From: Eledone cirrhosa
Taxonomy: Eukaryota
Direction: 5' to 3'
NCBI GenBank assembly: GCA_964016885.1
Contig: OZ024744.1
Location: 42,098,001-42,162,000, forward strand
Length of the DNA stretch: 64,000 bases
Under the pieces are notes generated by a model. It saw only the letters and a list, made by a program, of their open reading frames with translations. It was not told the DNA's origin and ran no database searches. Made by a program: the position numbers and the translations under genes. Numbering within the stretch: the first letter of the stretch is position 1; each line of letters opens with the position of its first letter. This document shows, one piece after another, positions 1-10,109 of this stretch.

Positions 1-73
1 TGAACATTTACTACAACAACAGCGGCATCAAAAGATTTTTAAAAAAAAGAAAAAAAAAACTCAAAATAACAAA

Positions 74-157
74 ACACACACACGCACACAACACAACAAC
101 ATCAACTGCCACCACCACCACCACCACCACCACCGTCGCCGCCATCACCATCACCAG
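74..157. repeat. (CA)n and (CCA)n microsatellites
   Basis: Directly visible acacac and ccaccacca runs. Confidence 0.9.
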
Positions 158-194
158 CGACCGGGCCTTAAGAAACAACTTTAATAATCATTTT

Positions 195-345
195 TCTGCT
201 TTTGGCACAGATCCAGCGACTGGCCCAGCGCATCACTGGTACTCTCTTTTGTTGACTCCGTGGGGATGAAAGGCAAGGTTGACCTCGGCGGGATTTGAGC
301 TCAAAGCGTGGAGAGCCATAACTCTATGCTGTAAAGCAATTATAA
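195..345 (-). mobile_element. tRNA-derived SINE, degenerate copy
   Basis: Homologous to 435-620 (ttttggcaca...ccag...ctggtact...gatgaaaggcaa...cctcggc...tttgagctca). Reverse complement contains a degenerate B-box (gagctcaaatcc). Confidence 0.75.
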
Positions 346-434
346 TAATACTGGACTGTAGTACGATCGGCTTCAACTATACAAACTCTTGAAAGTCAAC
401 AGTTGACATAATCTTGTAATCTTGTATCAGTAAT

Positions 435-620
435 TGCTTCTACTTTTGGCACAAGGCCAGCAATTACCCAGTGCATTACTGGTACTTTATTTTATCGACC
501 CCGTAAGGATGAAAGGCAAAGTTAACCTCGGCAGGGTTTGAACTCAGATCATAAAGGGACGTAACTCTATGCTTCAAAGCATGGTGTCCGACTCTCTACC
601 GATACTGCCAATCCCCCGCC
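435..620 (-). mobile_element. tRNA-derived SINE flanked by a 22-bp target-site duplication
   Basis: Reverse complement has B-box gagttcaaaccc followed by gcctttcatcc...ggggtcgataaa...agtaccagt. The direct repeat cttgtaatcttgtatcagtaat occurs at 413-434 and 621-642. Confidence 0.85.
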
Positions 621-849
621 CTTGTAATCTTGTATCAGTAATGACGGTAATATATATATATATATATGTGTGTGTGTGTAAGTGAGTAGAGTAGCGTGTG
701 TGTGTTTGTTTGTATGTATGAGTGTTGCTGTGTGCGCGCATATGTATGCGCGTGTGTGTATGTCGTACGTATAAGTGTCAATAAGTGATTTTTATTTTTA
801 TTTATTTTTTTTTTTTGCGCGGGGACATAGAAATAATCGGGCTGGATGC

Positions 850-1120
850 CCGATCACGCAGTTAAACCACTGGGAGTGAAAAACCCCTAGCCCTTGTCAG
901 GGCATTCTTCTAGGAGAAGGCATCTCAGGAAACTGGGTTAACTCCGACATAAAACCTGCGGCTCAGTAGTTACCGATGATGTTGATCTTTTCTTCTTTTC
1001 GGGTTATAGCTACTGTCGCTCAGAGAGTGGGATTGGCTCAGTGCACAGTCTTTCCTCACTTTAAAAATATTCGTCACGCACAGGCATTGCACGAGTGCAT
1101 TAATAATTATTAATAGTGTA
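850..1120 (+). mobile_element. RTE-family 5' UTR / head of an RTE-derived non-autonomous element
   Basis: Closely matches 20138-20400 and more weakly 19550-19750. Lies just upstream of the RTE endonuclease. Confidence 0.7.
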
Positions 1121-1121
1121 C

Positions 1122-1178
<57 letters not shown>

Positions 1179-1187
1179 TATTATTAC
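1122..1187. repeat. (ATT)n microsatellite
   Basis: Directly visible. Confidence 0.95.
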
Positions 1188-1362
1188 TTTTTTTTTTTCA
1201 AATTCAATGATGTTCCAGAACAATATAAAAGAGATAATTGGCAATTTAGGTTCTGGAACAAAAAAGATCATTGGCAATAAGGGCATGGGGCCCCAGGTTA
1301 TCATAGCCTGGGCCCGATCGTCATCGTGCCATTGTAATAGAGCCAAACAGGGCATTTAGACT

Positions 1363-4300
1363 GGCTGCTGGAACGTACGGACGCTGCTTGACAGGGATTC
1401 CTTGGAGCGTCCTGAACGAAGGACCGCTCTTGTTGCAAAGGAGCTTCGACGTTACGATCTTGACATCGTGGCTTTATCTGAGACGAGGCTAGCTGGAGAT
1501 GGTCATCTTACGGAATTTTGTGTAGAATATACATTCTTCTGGAAAGGAAGAGATGAAGGAACCAGAAGAGAGGCTGGGGTAGAATTTGCTGTTAAGACTG
1601 TGCTTGTGAACAAATTAGAAGAATTCCCAGTAGGGATTAGTGAGCGTCTTATGTCCATGAGAATTCCGCTGGACAAGGGAAGATATGCTACCCTGGTGAG
1701 TGTGTATGCTCCAACTATGAGTTCTGTCGATGAAGAAAAGGTGTCCTTTTACCATGCCTTGAAAGGTGTTTTAAGAAATATCCCTCAGGCAGACAAAGTC
1801 ATCGTGCTTGGTGACTTTAATGCTAGAGTGGGTAGGGATTTTAACACATGGAATGTAATCGGAAAGCATGGGGTGGGAAAGTGTAACAGCAATGGTATGC
1901 TCCTGCTGCAGATGTGTGAGGAGCTGGATCTGTGTGTTACCAACACCATGTTCCAACAAAAGAACAAATTCAAGACCACATGGATGCATCCTGCATCTAA
2001 GGAATGGCATCTTATGGACTACGTCCTAGTCAGGATGCGTGACAGACAGGATGTGCAGTGTGTTCGTGTTCTTCGTGGAGCTGAGTGCTGGACGGACCAC
2101 CGCCTGGTACGCGCAAAAGTGAAACTAATCACTAAACGTTAAATCCGGGCTCCTGGTGTTGTCCTGCCCAAAAGATTGAATGCTGCTCGTCTTAAGGATA
2201 AAAATGTGAAGAGGACATTGGAAGAAGAGATGCAGGCTGCAGATCTTGGTGAGAATTGGCCGACCCTTAAAAAGTCGGTTTATGTTGTAGGCAGGCGTGT
2301 TCTGGGATTGGCGCAGAGGAAACATCAGGACTGGTTTGATGAGAATGATGTACATATAGAAGACTTGTTGGCTGTTAAGAGGCGTGCTCTGTCACGCTAC
2401 TTGACGGCAAAACCACAGGAGAGGAATACGTTGCATGAGGAACTCAGGGATGTAAAATCACGTGTTAGGCGGAGTCTTTCTCAGATGAAGGATCAGTGGT
2501 GGAGTGAGAAGGCTGGTGAGATACAAACTGCGTCTGATTCCAATAACACAAAGCTGTTGTACAGTCTCTTGCGTGAGGTTTATGGACCGTCTTCTTCTCT
2601 GGTGACACCGCTTCGCAGCCAGGATGGCAAAGAACTTCTTCGTGACTCACAAGGAATTCTACGAAGGTGGCGAGAGCACTTTGATGATCTTTTGAATCAG
2701 CCGTCTGTCGTCAGTGAAGATTTCCTCAATCTCATTCCAGAAAGCCCTGTGAAAGTAGCTCTCGCAGAGCCTCCGACGCTTGTGGAGGTTGCAGTGGCTA
2801 TTTCGAAGATGAACAGTGGAAGATCTCCAAGTATGGATGGCATACATGCTGAGCTCCTACAATATGGTGGTGAGAGACTCCTTCAACATCTTCACTCTTT
2901 GTTTGGCAGGATATGGGCTAATGAATCCGTATCCGAGGACTGGAGAGATGCAGTAATGGTGGTCTTGTACAAGGGAAAGGGTAACAGGAACGATTGTGGG
3001 AACTACAGAGGTATATCATTGCTTTCTGTCGTAGGGAAAGTTTTATGTAGGGTGCTTCTGGACCGTCTGCTGACACATTGCAGATTGTGTTCTTCCTGAA
3101 AGTCAATCTGGTTTTCGTGCTGGACGCGGCACTACTGATATGAACTTCTCAGCTATATATCTTCTCAGCTATATGATCTGCTCCAGGAGAAGTGCATGGA
3201 ACAAGGTTTGGATCTGTATCAGGTTTTTGTCGATCTGACAAAAGCTTTCGATACTGTTAACAGAGATGCATTATGGAAGGTTCTCCAGAAACTTGGTTGC
3301 CCTGATAAGTTCCTTGCTTTAGTTAGGTCTTTCCATGACGACATGAAGGCTTGGGTTAATGTCGGGGGTAACATGTCGGAGCCTATCTCAGTAAAAAATG
3401 GAGTGAAACAGGGGGATATTCCAGCACCGACCCTGTTTGCCATATACTTTGCAATGGTTTTCTGTATTGCATTCAGGAATTGCGAGCATGGTGTTTACAT
3501 CCGATATCGAGCCTCAGGCAGCATATTTATCATCAGGCGCTTTGCTGCGAAGACAAAAGTATTTACATCAATCATAAGAGACCTCTTGTATGCAGATGAT
3601 TGCGATCTTGTAGCGCACACAGAGAATGATATGCAGCACATTTTGAATGCATTTTCTGACGCTTGCACTGCCCTAGGTCTGACTATCAGTCTCAAGAAAA
3701 CCGTCGTCATGTACCAACCTGCCCCTGGTAAGCAGTACACTGAACCAAACATCTATGTGTATGGCAAACGACTTGGAGTGGTTGATCAGTTTGTCTACCT
3801 GGGAAGCACTGTCAATCGATACAGCAACCTTGACAGTGAAATCTCACTTAGGATTAGGAAAGCAAGTGATGCTTTCGGAAAGCTAGAAAGGCGACTCTGG
3901 GGTCGGCGAGACATATGCAGGAGGACAAAGGTAAAGGTGTACAGGGCATGTGTGCTCTCTTGTCTTCTTTATGCCTGCGAGACCTGGGTCACATATCGAC
4001 ACCACCTTAAGCAATTGGAGCGTTTCCATCAGATATGTTTCAGACGGATCCATGGCGTTCACTGGAGGGACCACATCAGTGATGTCGAGATTTAGGAAAG
4101 CTTTATGTGTAACAGTATAGAAGCTCTTGTGCTTAAGCAACGACTCCGTTGGAGTGGTCACCTTGCCAGGATGAAGGATTCTAGAATACCAAAACAACTC
4201 TTTTATGGAGAGTTGGTTAAAGGAAAACGACCGCCACAAAAACCAAAAAAGAGTTATAAGGATTCCTTGAAAGCCTCTCTGAAAGACGCTAACATCTCTG

Positions 4301-4770
4301 CTGATACATGGGAGAATATTGCTGCTGATCGTAATAAATGGAGAAAGACTGTATATGAGGGAAAAGTTACCTTTGAGGCATCTCGAATCGCATACAAGAA
4401 ATTAAAGCGGGATGTGAGGAAGGGCATTGCTGTTGCACTTCCAGACGGCGAGGGTCCTCCTATGGTGCTGACATGCAGCGTATGTGCGAGACTCTGCCTA
4501 AGCAAAGCTGGACTCGAAAGTCATCTTCGCAGTCATAAAGTAAGACCAGTGGTTGACTACCAGGCTGCTGTTGGAGATGCTACTCATCATGCTTGCCAAA
4601 CATGTGGTAGAGAATGTAAATCAGCAGGAGGGCTCAAGCGACATGCAAAAGTACACGAACTCCAACCACAGCCGGCTATTCCCAGTGAATGTGTTGGTTG
4701 CCGACTCTGTGCAAGACATTTTAGATCATTGGCTGGGCTAAAAAGCCACATTCAATCGCAGCGCTGTTAG
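1363..4770 (+). mobile_element. RTE-clade LINE ORF (APE endonuclease + RT + 3 C2H2 zinc fingers), near full length, inactivated
   Basis: APE motifs WNVRTL, ALSETR, VYAPT, LGDFNARVG, MDYVL, TDHRLV. RT motifs NYRGISLL, LPESQSGFR, FVDLTKAFDTV, GVKQGD, YADD, FVYLGS. Three CxxC...H motifs at the C-terminus. In-frame stops at 2140 and 4093, a frameshift near 3078 and a short tandem duplication at ~3145-3175. Confidence 0.95.
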
Positions 4771-4777
4771 TTGCTAT

Positions 4778-5030
4778 CGTGTGTGTGTGTGTATGTGTGT
4801 GTGTAGATATGCTTATGTGTGTGCGCGTGTGTGTATATATATATATGTATATGTATATTATTATTGTTGTTGTTATTATTGTTGTTATTATTGTTATTAA
4901 TGTATGTGTGTGTGTGAGTGTGTGTGAGTGTGTGTGCGTGTGTGTATATGTGTATGTATATATATATATATATTTCTTTTTTTTTTTTTTTTTTATTTAT
5001 TTTTTTTTTTTTTTTTTTTTTTTTCTTTCT
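4778..5030. repeat. Compound microsatellite (GT)n/(TA)n/(TTG,TTA)n/polyT
   Basis: Directly visible; explains the spurious low-complexity ORFs. Confidence 0.9.
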
Positions 5031-5032
5031 CC

Positions 5033-5092
5033 TCGTGCAATGGCCATACTCGAAAACGGTGGGGCAGCCATCATGTATGTATGTATGCATGT
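5033..5092 (+). mobile_element. RTE 3' terminus with (TATG)n tail
   Basis: tcgtgcaatggccatactc...gcagccatcatgtatgtatg matches the termini at ~8445-8490, 19850-19895 and 20402-20460. Confidence 0.7.
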
Positions 5093-5095
5093 ATA

Positions 5096-5910
5096 TTTCT
5101 CTTTCTCTTAATTTCGAATACATTTTTGCCCAGCTACTTTCCTGGTGGAAGGTTGGAAAATAAAAGAAACTGTCAACCCTTAAATCACAAGAATGTTTGG
5201 CAAATTTTGAAGGTGCCAACTATTTTGTCCGCAAATCCTAGTTCAGTTATACTTTGGGCCAAGCAGGTTGGTATATAACCTGTAGCTCCAATAATGATGG
5301 CTATGAAACTGAGGGTGTATCTTGGATACTGGATCTGCAAACTCTTCATCAATTGTCCTCCTTCTCTTGTATTTTTCCGACAACGTTGACATCAAGTGGG
5401 CGGCTGATCTCTACAACAGAGCATGTTTTCAATGTGTGGTCCCAAACAACAATATCAGGCTGATTGTGCTTTAATTTGGTGGCAGTTTTTATGTTCAGGT
5501 TCCACCAATATTCCTTAGTCCCATCTATCTCAACATATTCCTCCTCAATTTTTTTTTTATTTTGTTTTCCTAAGTATGTTCCAAAAGGTTCTAGCTGTCA
5601 CATCGTGCCTCATAGGGAGGTAGTAACGAGCCGACATTCTTTCATAGTTAGCAACAATGTGGCTAACATCTTCGATCTCTGTTTTACATAGCCTACATTT
5701 ATTGTTGACTGATGGCACTCCTCTTTTGTGTAGCAGATATTTAGTAGGGATTTCTTGTTCCTGTATTGCATAAAGATATCCTTCAAGGTGGGATGTCATA
5801 AACTTGTCAGAACTCCATGCAAGGCTTTTTGAATGATTTATCCCCTCTATGGTATGTGTTTTCATCTCAGGTACCCATGCACAACTTTCTCTGTAAATTG
5901 GTCCATTTTT
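5096..5910 (-). mobile_element. R4/Dong-like non-LTR retrotransposon 3' fragment (CCHC knuckle + restriction-like endonuclease)
   Basis: Minus strand gives EGYLYAIQEQEI..KY, KCRLC...EDVSHI, Y.MRHD, PDIVVWD, VEISRP and GTFKICQTF. Confidence 0.85.
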
Positions 5911-5912
5911 TT

Positions 5913-6084
5913 TGTATGTATGTATGTATGTGCATATGTAGGTATGTATGTATGTTTCTATGTATGTACGTATGTATGTATGTTTGTAGGTATGTATGTA
6001 TGTATGTATGTATGTATGTATGTATGTACGTATGTATGTATGTACGTATGTATGTACGTATATATATATATGTATGTATGTATA
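5913..6084. repeat. (TATG)n microsatellite
   Basis: Directly visible. Confidence 0.95.
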
Positions 6085-6085
6085 T

Positions 6086-6607
6086 TCTTCTGGTTTTATA
6101 ATTTCACAAATTGTTCCCAATAGAGAGAGAGTCGGTTTCTAACATAGACACAAGACTCTCTCATTTGAATTTACACAATGTGTAGATATGGATGTTATTG
6201 TATGTGTGGATGTATATGTTTTGAGTTGTATGTGTGCATGTATATATGCTTTGTATCTGAACATGTATATATGCAGTTATTAGATGCAACATTTTTTGAA
6301 TGTTTTACATATTTTTACTGTTCCATTAATGGATTGTACTTGTAAGTTCCTAACTAGTTGTGTTCTTTCTGTTCCTGTGAAGCCTAGCTTCTCAAGATTT
6401 GTATTGAGGCAGTTACTAACATACCCCAGTGCCTCAATAATCACATGCATAAGGCTGAAGGTGTAATCAGGGTGGAGTATCTGCAGATTTCTCATCAGTT
6501 CTGCATAAATATTCTCCCTTTCGTTAATCTTTGATATTATATTGGCATCTGCTGGGCAGCTGATTTCCACTACTGTGCATGCTTTCTTTTCCCTGTCCCA
6601 TATCATA

Positions 6608-6608
<1 letters not shown>
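6086..6608 (-). mobile_element. R4/Dong-like 3' fragment (RLE C-terminus + 3' UTR)
   Basis: ORF 6280-6606 IWDREKKACTVVEISCPAD...GTVKICKTF. The 3' UTR is shared with 13371 and 13895. Confidence 0.85.
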
Positions 6609-6638
<30 letters not shown>

Positions 6639-6667
6639 TGTATGTATGTATGTATGTATGTATGTAT

Positions 6668-7770
6668 CATGCTTTCCATGATTGTGACAGAAGCATTCTC
6701 TTACAGCTCAGAACTACTGGAAAAGTTCTCAACCAAAGAAGGTTTAATGCCAAGACAAAAACTTTTCAAGCTTTGATCAGAGACCTTCATTACGCCGATG
6801 ACGCTGACTTCCTAGCACACACAGAAGCTGACATGCCACACATTATATACCGTTTCTTATCCTCATGTGCATTTTGGCTTACAATCAACCTTAAAAAGAC
6901 CAAAGTAATGTTTACCCCCGCTCCTGGCGAACCATATACTGAACACAATATCATGGTTGATAGAACCAGGTTGGGCATAATAGACAAATTTGGGTAGCAC
7001 ATCCTCAAATGATGGCTCCTTGGATGCTGAAATACATCTGCACATCCAGAAGCCCTCTGTTGCCTTCGAAAAATTGGAAAAGAGAGTATGGGCAAATCGC
7101 AACATTACCAACAATACCAAGGTGTGTGTTTATTGATCATATATTCTGTCTGCTCTTTTATACTCTGTTCTTTTATACACTATTCTGGAAACGTATCAAA
7201 TTGCTTGAGCGTTTTCAGCATAAATGTTCAACATCAAGTTGCTAGACAGAACTCCTGACATACATTTTCAAAGCAGAATGTCCAAGCATTGAGTTTCAAA
7301 TGCACTGGACAGAACATGTTGTCCACATGAAAGAAAGCAGGATCCCGAAGTAACTATTTAATGGTGCGCTCCATCTTGGAAAAAGGCCTCAACACAAATT
7401 GAGAATGAGGTTGAGGGACAGCATCAAGAACAACCCCAAAGAACTGGCATTTGATATAGACAACTGGGAGGAAATAGCTCTAAATAGGATTGAGTGGAGA
7501 AGGTGCATAAAGGACAGTTGCAAAATGTTTGAGGAATGTGGTCTAGAACATAAACAACTGAAGCGTCAGTTCCGGAAGGGTTGTGTTCGCAGTCATGATG
7601 AAGTCATCAGTAGTTGGTGTACTCCTCTCAAAGGCTGGTTATGTTAATCCCTCAACAAAGACTTGGCGAAAAAACATACGTAATATGCAACAAAGTGTGT
7701 AGAACTAGTTCCAGACTAAAAAAACAACATATGGTGGAGCATAAAGTTTGTGTCAGTGATGTTGAGGTTC
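6668..7770 (+). mobile_element. Degenerate RTE LINE fragment (RT C-terminal part, zinc-finger remnant)
   Basis: FNAKTK..LIRDLHYADDAD...LTINLKKTKVM, homologous to 3540-3720. Later SRIPK*LFNG...GKRPQHK. Multiple stops and frameshifts. Confidence 0.85.
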
Positions 7771-7789
7771 TTGAGAGAAGTGAGTGTTG

Positions 7790-8495
7790 GAGCATTGAAA
7801 GTATCATCCACCAATGTTGTTTATGATGAACCAGACACCTCTGCAGAATGGAAGATATTTGAATCTCAAAACAGCTTTTGTATGGTGAGCTTTGTAAAGG
7901 TAAGAGACCACCTCACAAGCCAAAGCTCCCATTCAAAGATTGTGTAAAGGACACATTGAAAAAAGCTGGTCTGATGGTGGCTGACTGGGAGATAGTAGCT
8001 CTTGAAAGAGAAACTTGGCATGGAATGGTAAATGACAGGGTCCATAATTTTGACGATAGATGTATAGGGCATGAGAAGATCAAATGGGTTGTGCATAAGC
8101 AATGCCCTGGTGTATCTCTCAAAATGATCAGTGTCTCCATTGAATTGGTATACCCCGAGTATGGAAAGATGTGCTTGAGCAAATCTGGTCTCAGGAGCCA
8201 CAGTCGCAGCCATGTTCAGAGAGAACCAGTGAACTATAATCGCTATGGTATTGAAAAATGTAATGAATGTTGTAAAGAATGCCGATCAGTAGCAGGACTG
8301 AAGCGGCATGTGAAGGTTCACAGGCAACCAGATGCAAGACCTGATGCCAGGTAGATCCATAGTTGTCGTCAATGTATGAAGGAGTGTATGTCTCTAGCAG
8401 CCTTGAAAAGCCATATCCGAGCATCACACATCTGAATTTGACAAGCAATTAAAATACTCTTAGTGGGAGTTTGCAGCTATCATGTATGTATATAT
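7790..8495 (+). mobile_element. Second RTE 3' fragment with three C2H2 fingers and (TATG)n tail
   Basis: MYGELCKGKRPPHKPK..., CLSKSGLRSHSRSH, CNECCKECRSVAGLKRHVKVH, CRQCMKECMSLAALKSHIRASH. Ends in gcagctatcatgtatgta. Confidence 0.85.
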
Positions 8496-8660
8496 GTAAT
8501 GTATGTGTGTAAATAGGTATGTCTGTATATGTACCAGATACTAATCTAATAGTCCACTAATACTAACAACCACCACACTGGAAAAGGTTGAGTTGTACTC
8601 ACTCAGTTGGAATAGACGTAGCCATCAGCCTTGAAATATTATCACCACCACTGTCATCAT

Positions 8661-8880
8661 CAGGAATGTCAAACATGTGGTCCGCAGGCCACATGCAGCC
8701 CTTTACAAGCACGAATGCCACCTGCACAAAGGTTTTTAGAGTAGGAGCCTGTTTTATCTTCGTAATATAAAATTTTAAAACATTAGTTGTAATGTGCACA
8801 ATTAGTTGTTGCGTGTGGCCACCAGACAACACATATGTGACCCATGTGGCCCTCAGGGGACCCTAAGTTTGACATGCCTT
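8661..8880. mobile_element. hAT-superfamily MITE (220 bp)
   Basis: TIRs caggaatgtcaaac / gtttgacatgcctt. 8-bp TSD gtcatcat (8653-8660) vs gtcttcat (8881-8888), 7/8 identical. Subterminal ggcc-rich motifs are typical of hAT non-autonomous elements. Confidence 0.85.
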
Positions 8881-8885
8881 GTCTT

Positions 8886-9055
8886 CATCATCATCATCAT
8901 CATCATCACCATTTACTGTCTATTTTCCATACTAGTATGGGTTAGACAGTTTTCACTTTCTGAGTCTAGATCAGTCAGATCACCACATCTCACTCATATG
9001 TTCTAATTTTGAGCTGATTTCTACAACTGGATACCCTTTCTAATGCCAACAACCA
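8886..9055 (-). mobile_element. SINE/LINE 3' tail ending in (GAT)n
   Basis: Reverse complement of the tail seen at 12520-12690 (gttggcattagaaagggtatccagttgtagaa...ctaacccatactag...gatgatgatg). Confidence 0.7.
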
Positions 9056-9309
9056 ATTATCCTGTTCTAAGTGGAATGTTAGACATTTTTGAACCAACAG
9101 TTACCCATCAAACAATGACATTGCTAAACAAAAGGTTAAGTTCATTGTCATAGAGTAAAGGATGGATTGTCTGTAGTTCTGGAATCTTTATCTCAATGAC
9201 GACAACCATATCTATAATAGGCATCAATCATTCTAGTCTTTGAGAGGAGTCATATTGGAATGGACCTTCAAAAGTTTTGATGATGGGTGTTTCAGCTTTT
9301 TGATCAATG

Positions 9310-9575
9310 GAGCAGTGTGCTCATGAAATTAATATGTAAGTAACTAATCACAGCATAAAATCTCTAAGAGATTCAGCACAATAAAGTGTATGTGACGAAG
9401 GTGTCGCTTTGAAATATAGGTGCAGTCCATCATCCAACAGGCTTCTAAATAGATTCTGCCTGCTTAATTTCATTCACACGGCTTGAGTCAACCCTAAGCT
9501 ATGGCAAATGATGACACTTCCTCAAAATACTAAGCTGTGGGATCCAGCCTGGGACCTAAAGATTGCAAAACTACC
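9310..9575 (-). mobile_element. Degenerate SINE
   Basis: Partial similarity to 25665-25850 (gtgtgacgaagg...ctttgaa...ca) plus a degenerate tRNA-like head on the minus strand. Confidence 0.4.
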
Positions 9576-9684
9576 ATAAGTATTACACTCATAGAGTACG
9601 AGTGTCATGGTGTTCATTGATGTGAAAGAATGGTGATGACATATGCATGAATATATACACTTACACACACTATAACTCCTTCAG

Positions 9685-9804
9685 ATATCTAGAAATAAGT
9701 GAAAAACAAGATGGAAAATACAGTTTAGGGGCATGTTATTATGGGCCTCCATCGGTTGGTTTAGGTCACATTTCTACATTAATGAAACCACTGGTAATGC
9801 AGAA
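9685..9804 (+). CDS. Candidate internal exon of an unidentified host gene (120 bp, phase 2-2)
   Basis: Acceptor actccttcag| and donor |gtaagt. Open frame YLEISEKQDGKYSLGACYYGPPSVGLGHISTLMKPLVMQ in non-repetitive sequence. Length is a multiple of 3. Confidence 0.55.
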
Positions 9805-10051
9805 GTAAGTCAAACTGTTGATATAAATACTCTCAGCTTCCATGTGCTGATTGCACTTTCTTTCATTTGAATATCCAAACATGTTTGTATATATATATAT
9901 ATATATATATAACAAAGTGTGATAGTTTACCTGAAGCATTGTGGAAAAGGAAATACAAATATAAATAAGTTTAAATATTTGGAAGCCCTACAATGCATAA
10001 CATTAAAAGCGCCAAGGTAATATGAGTTATAGACAATAGAATTTTAGCTTA

Positions 10052-10054
<3 letters not shown>

Positions 10055-10106
<52 letters not shown>
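10055..10106. repeat. (TA)n microsatellite
   Basis: Directly visible. Confidence 0.95.

Positions 10107-10109
<3 letters not shown>

Noticed and set aside
819-900. Self-cleaving ribozyme (HDV/twister) at the RTE 5' end
   Set aside because: I could not build the required pairings or core motifs from this copy.
4105-4770. Host C2H2 zinc-finger gene
   Set aside because: In frame with the RT across a single stop and starts with LINE C-terminal motifs (LRWSGHLARM..RIPKQLFYGEL).
4767-5278. Low-complexity ORFs (polyI/F/K/N, CVCV, MYVC), also at 1110, 5817, 13780 and 63372-63961
   Set aside because: They are translations of microsatellites.
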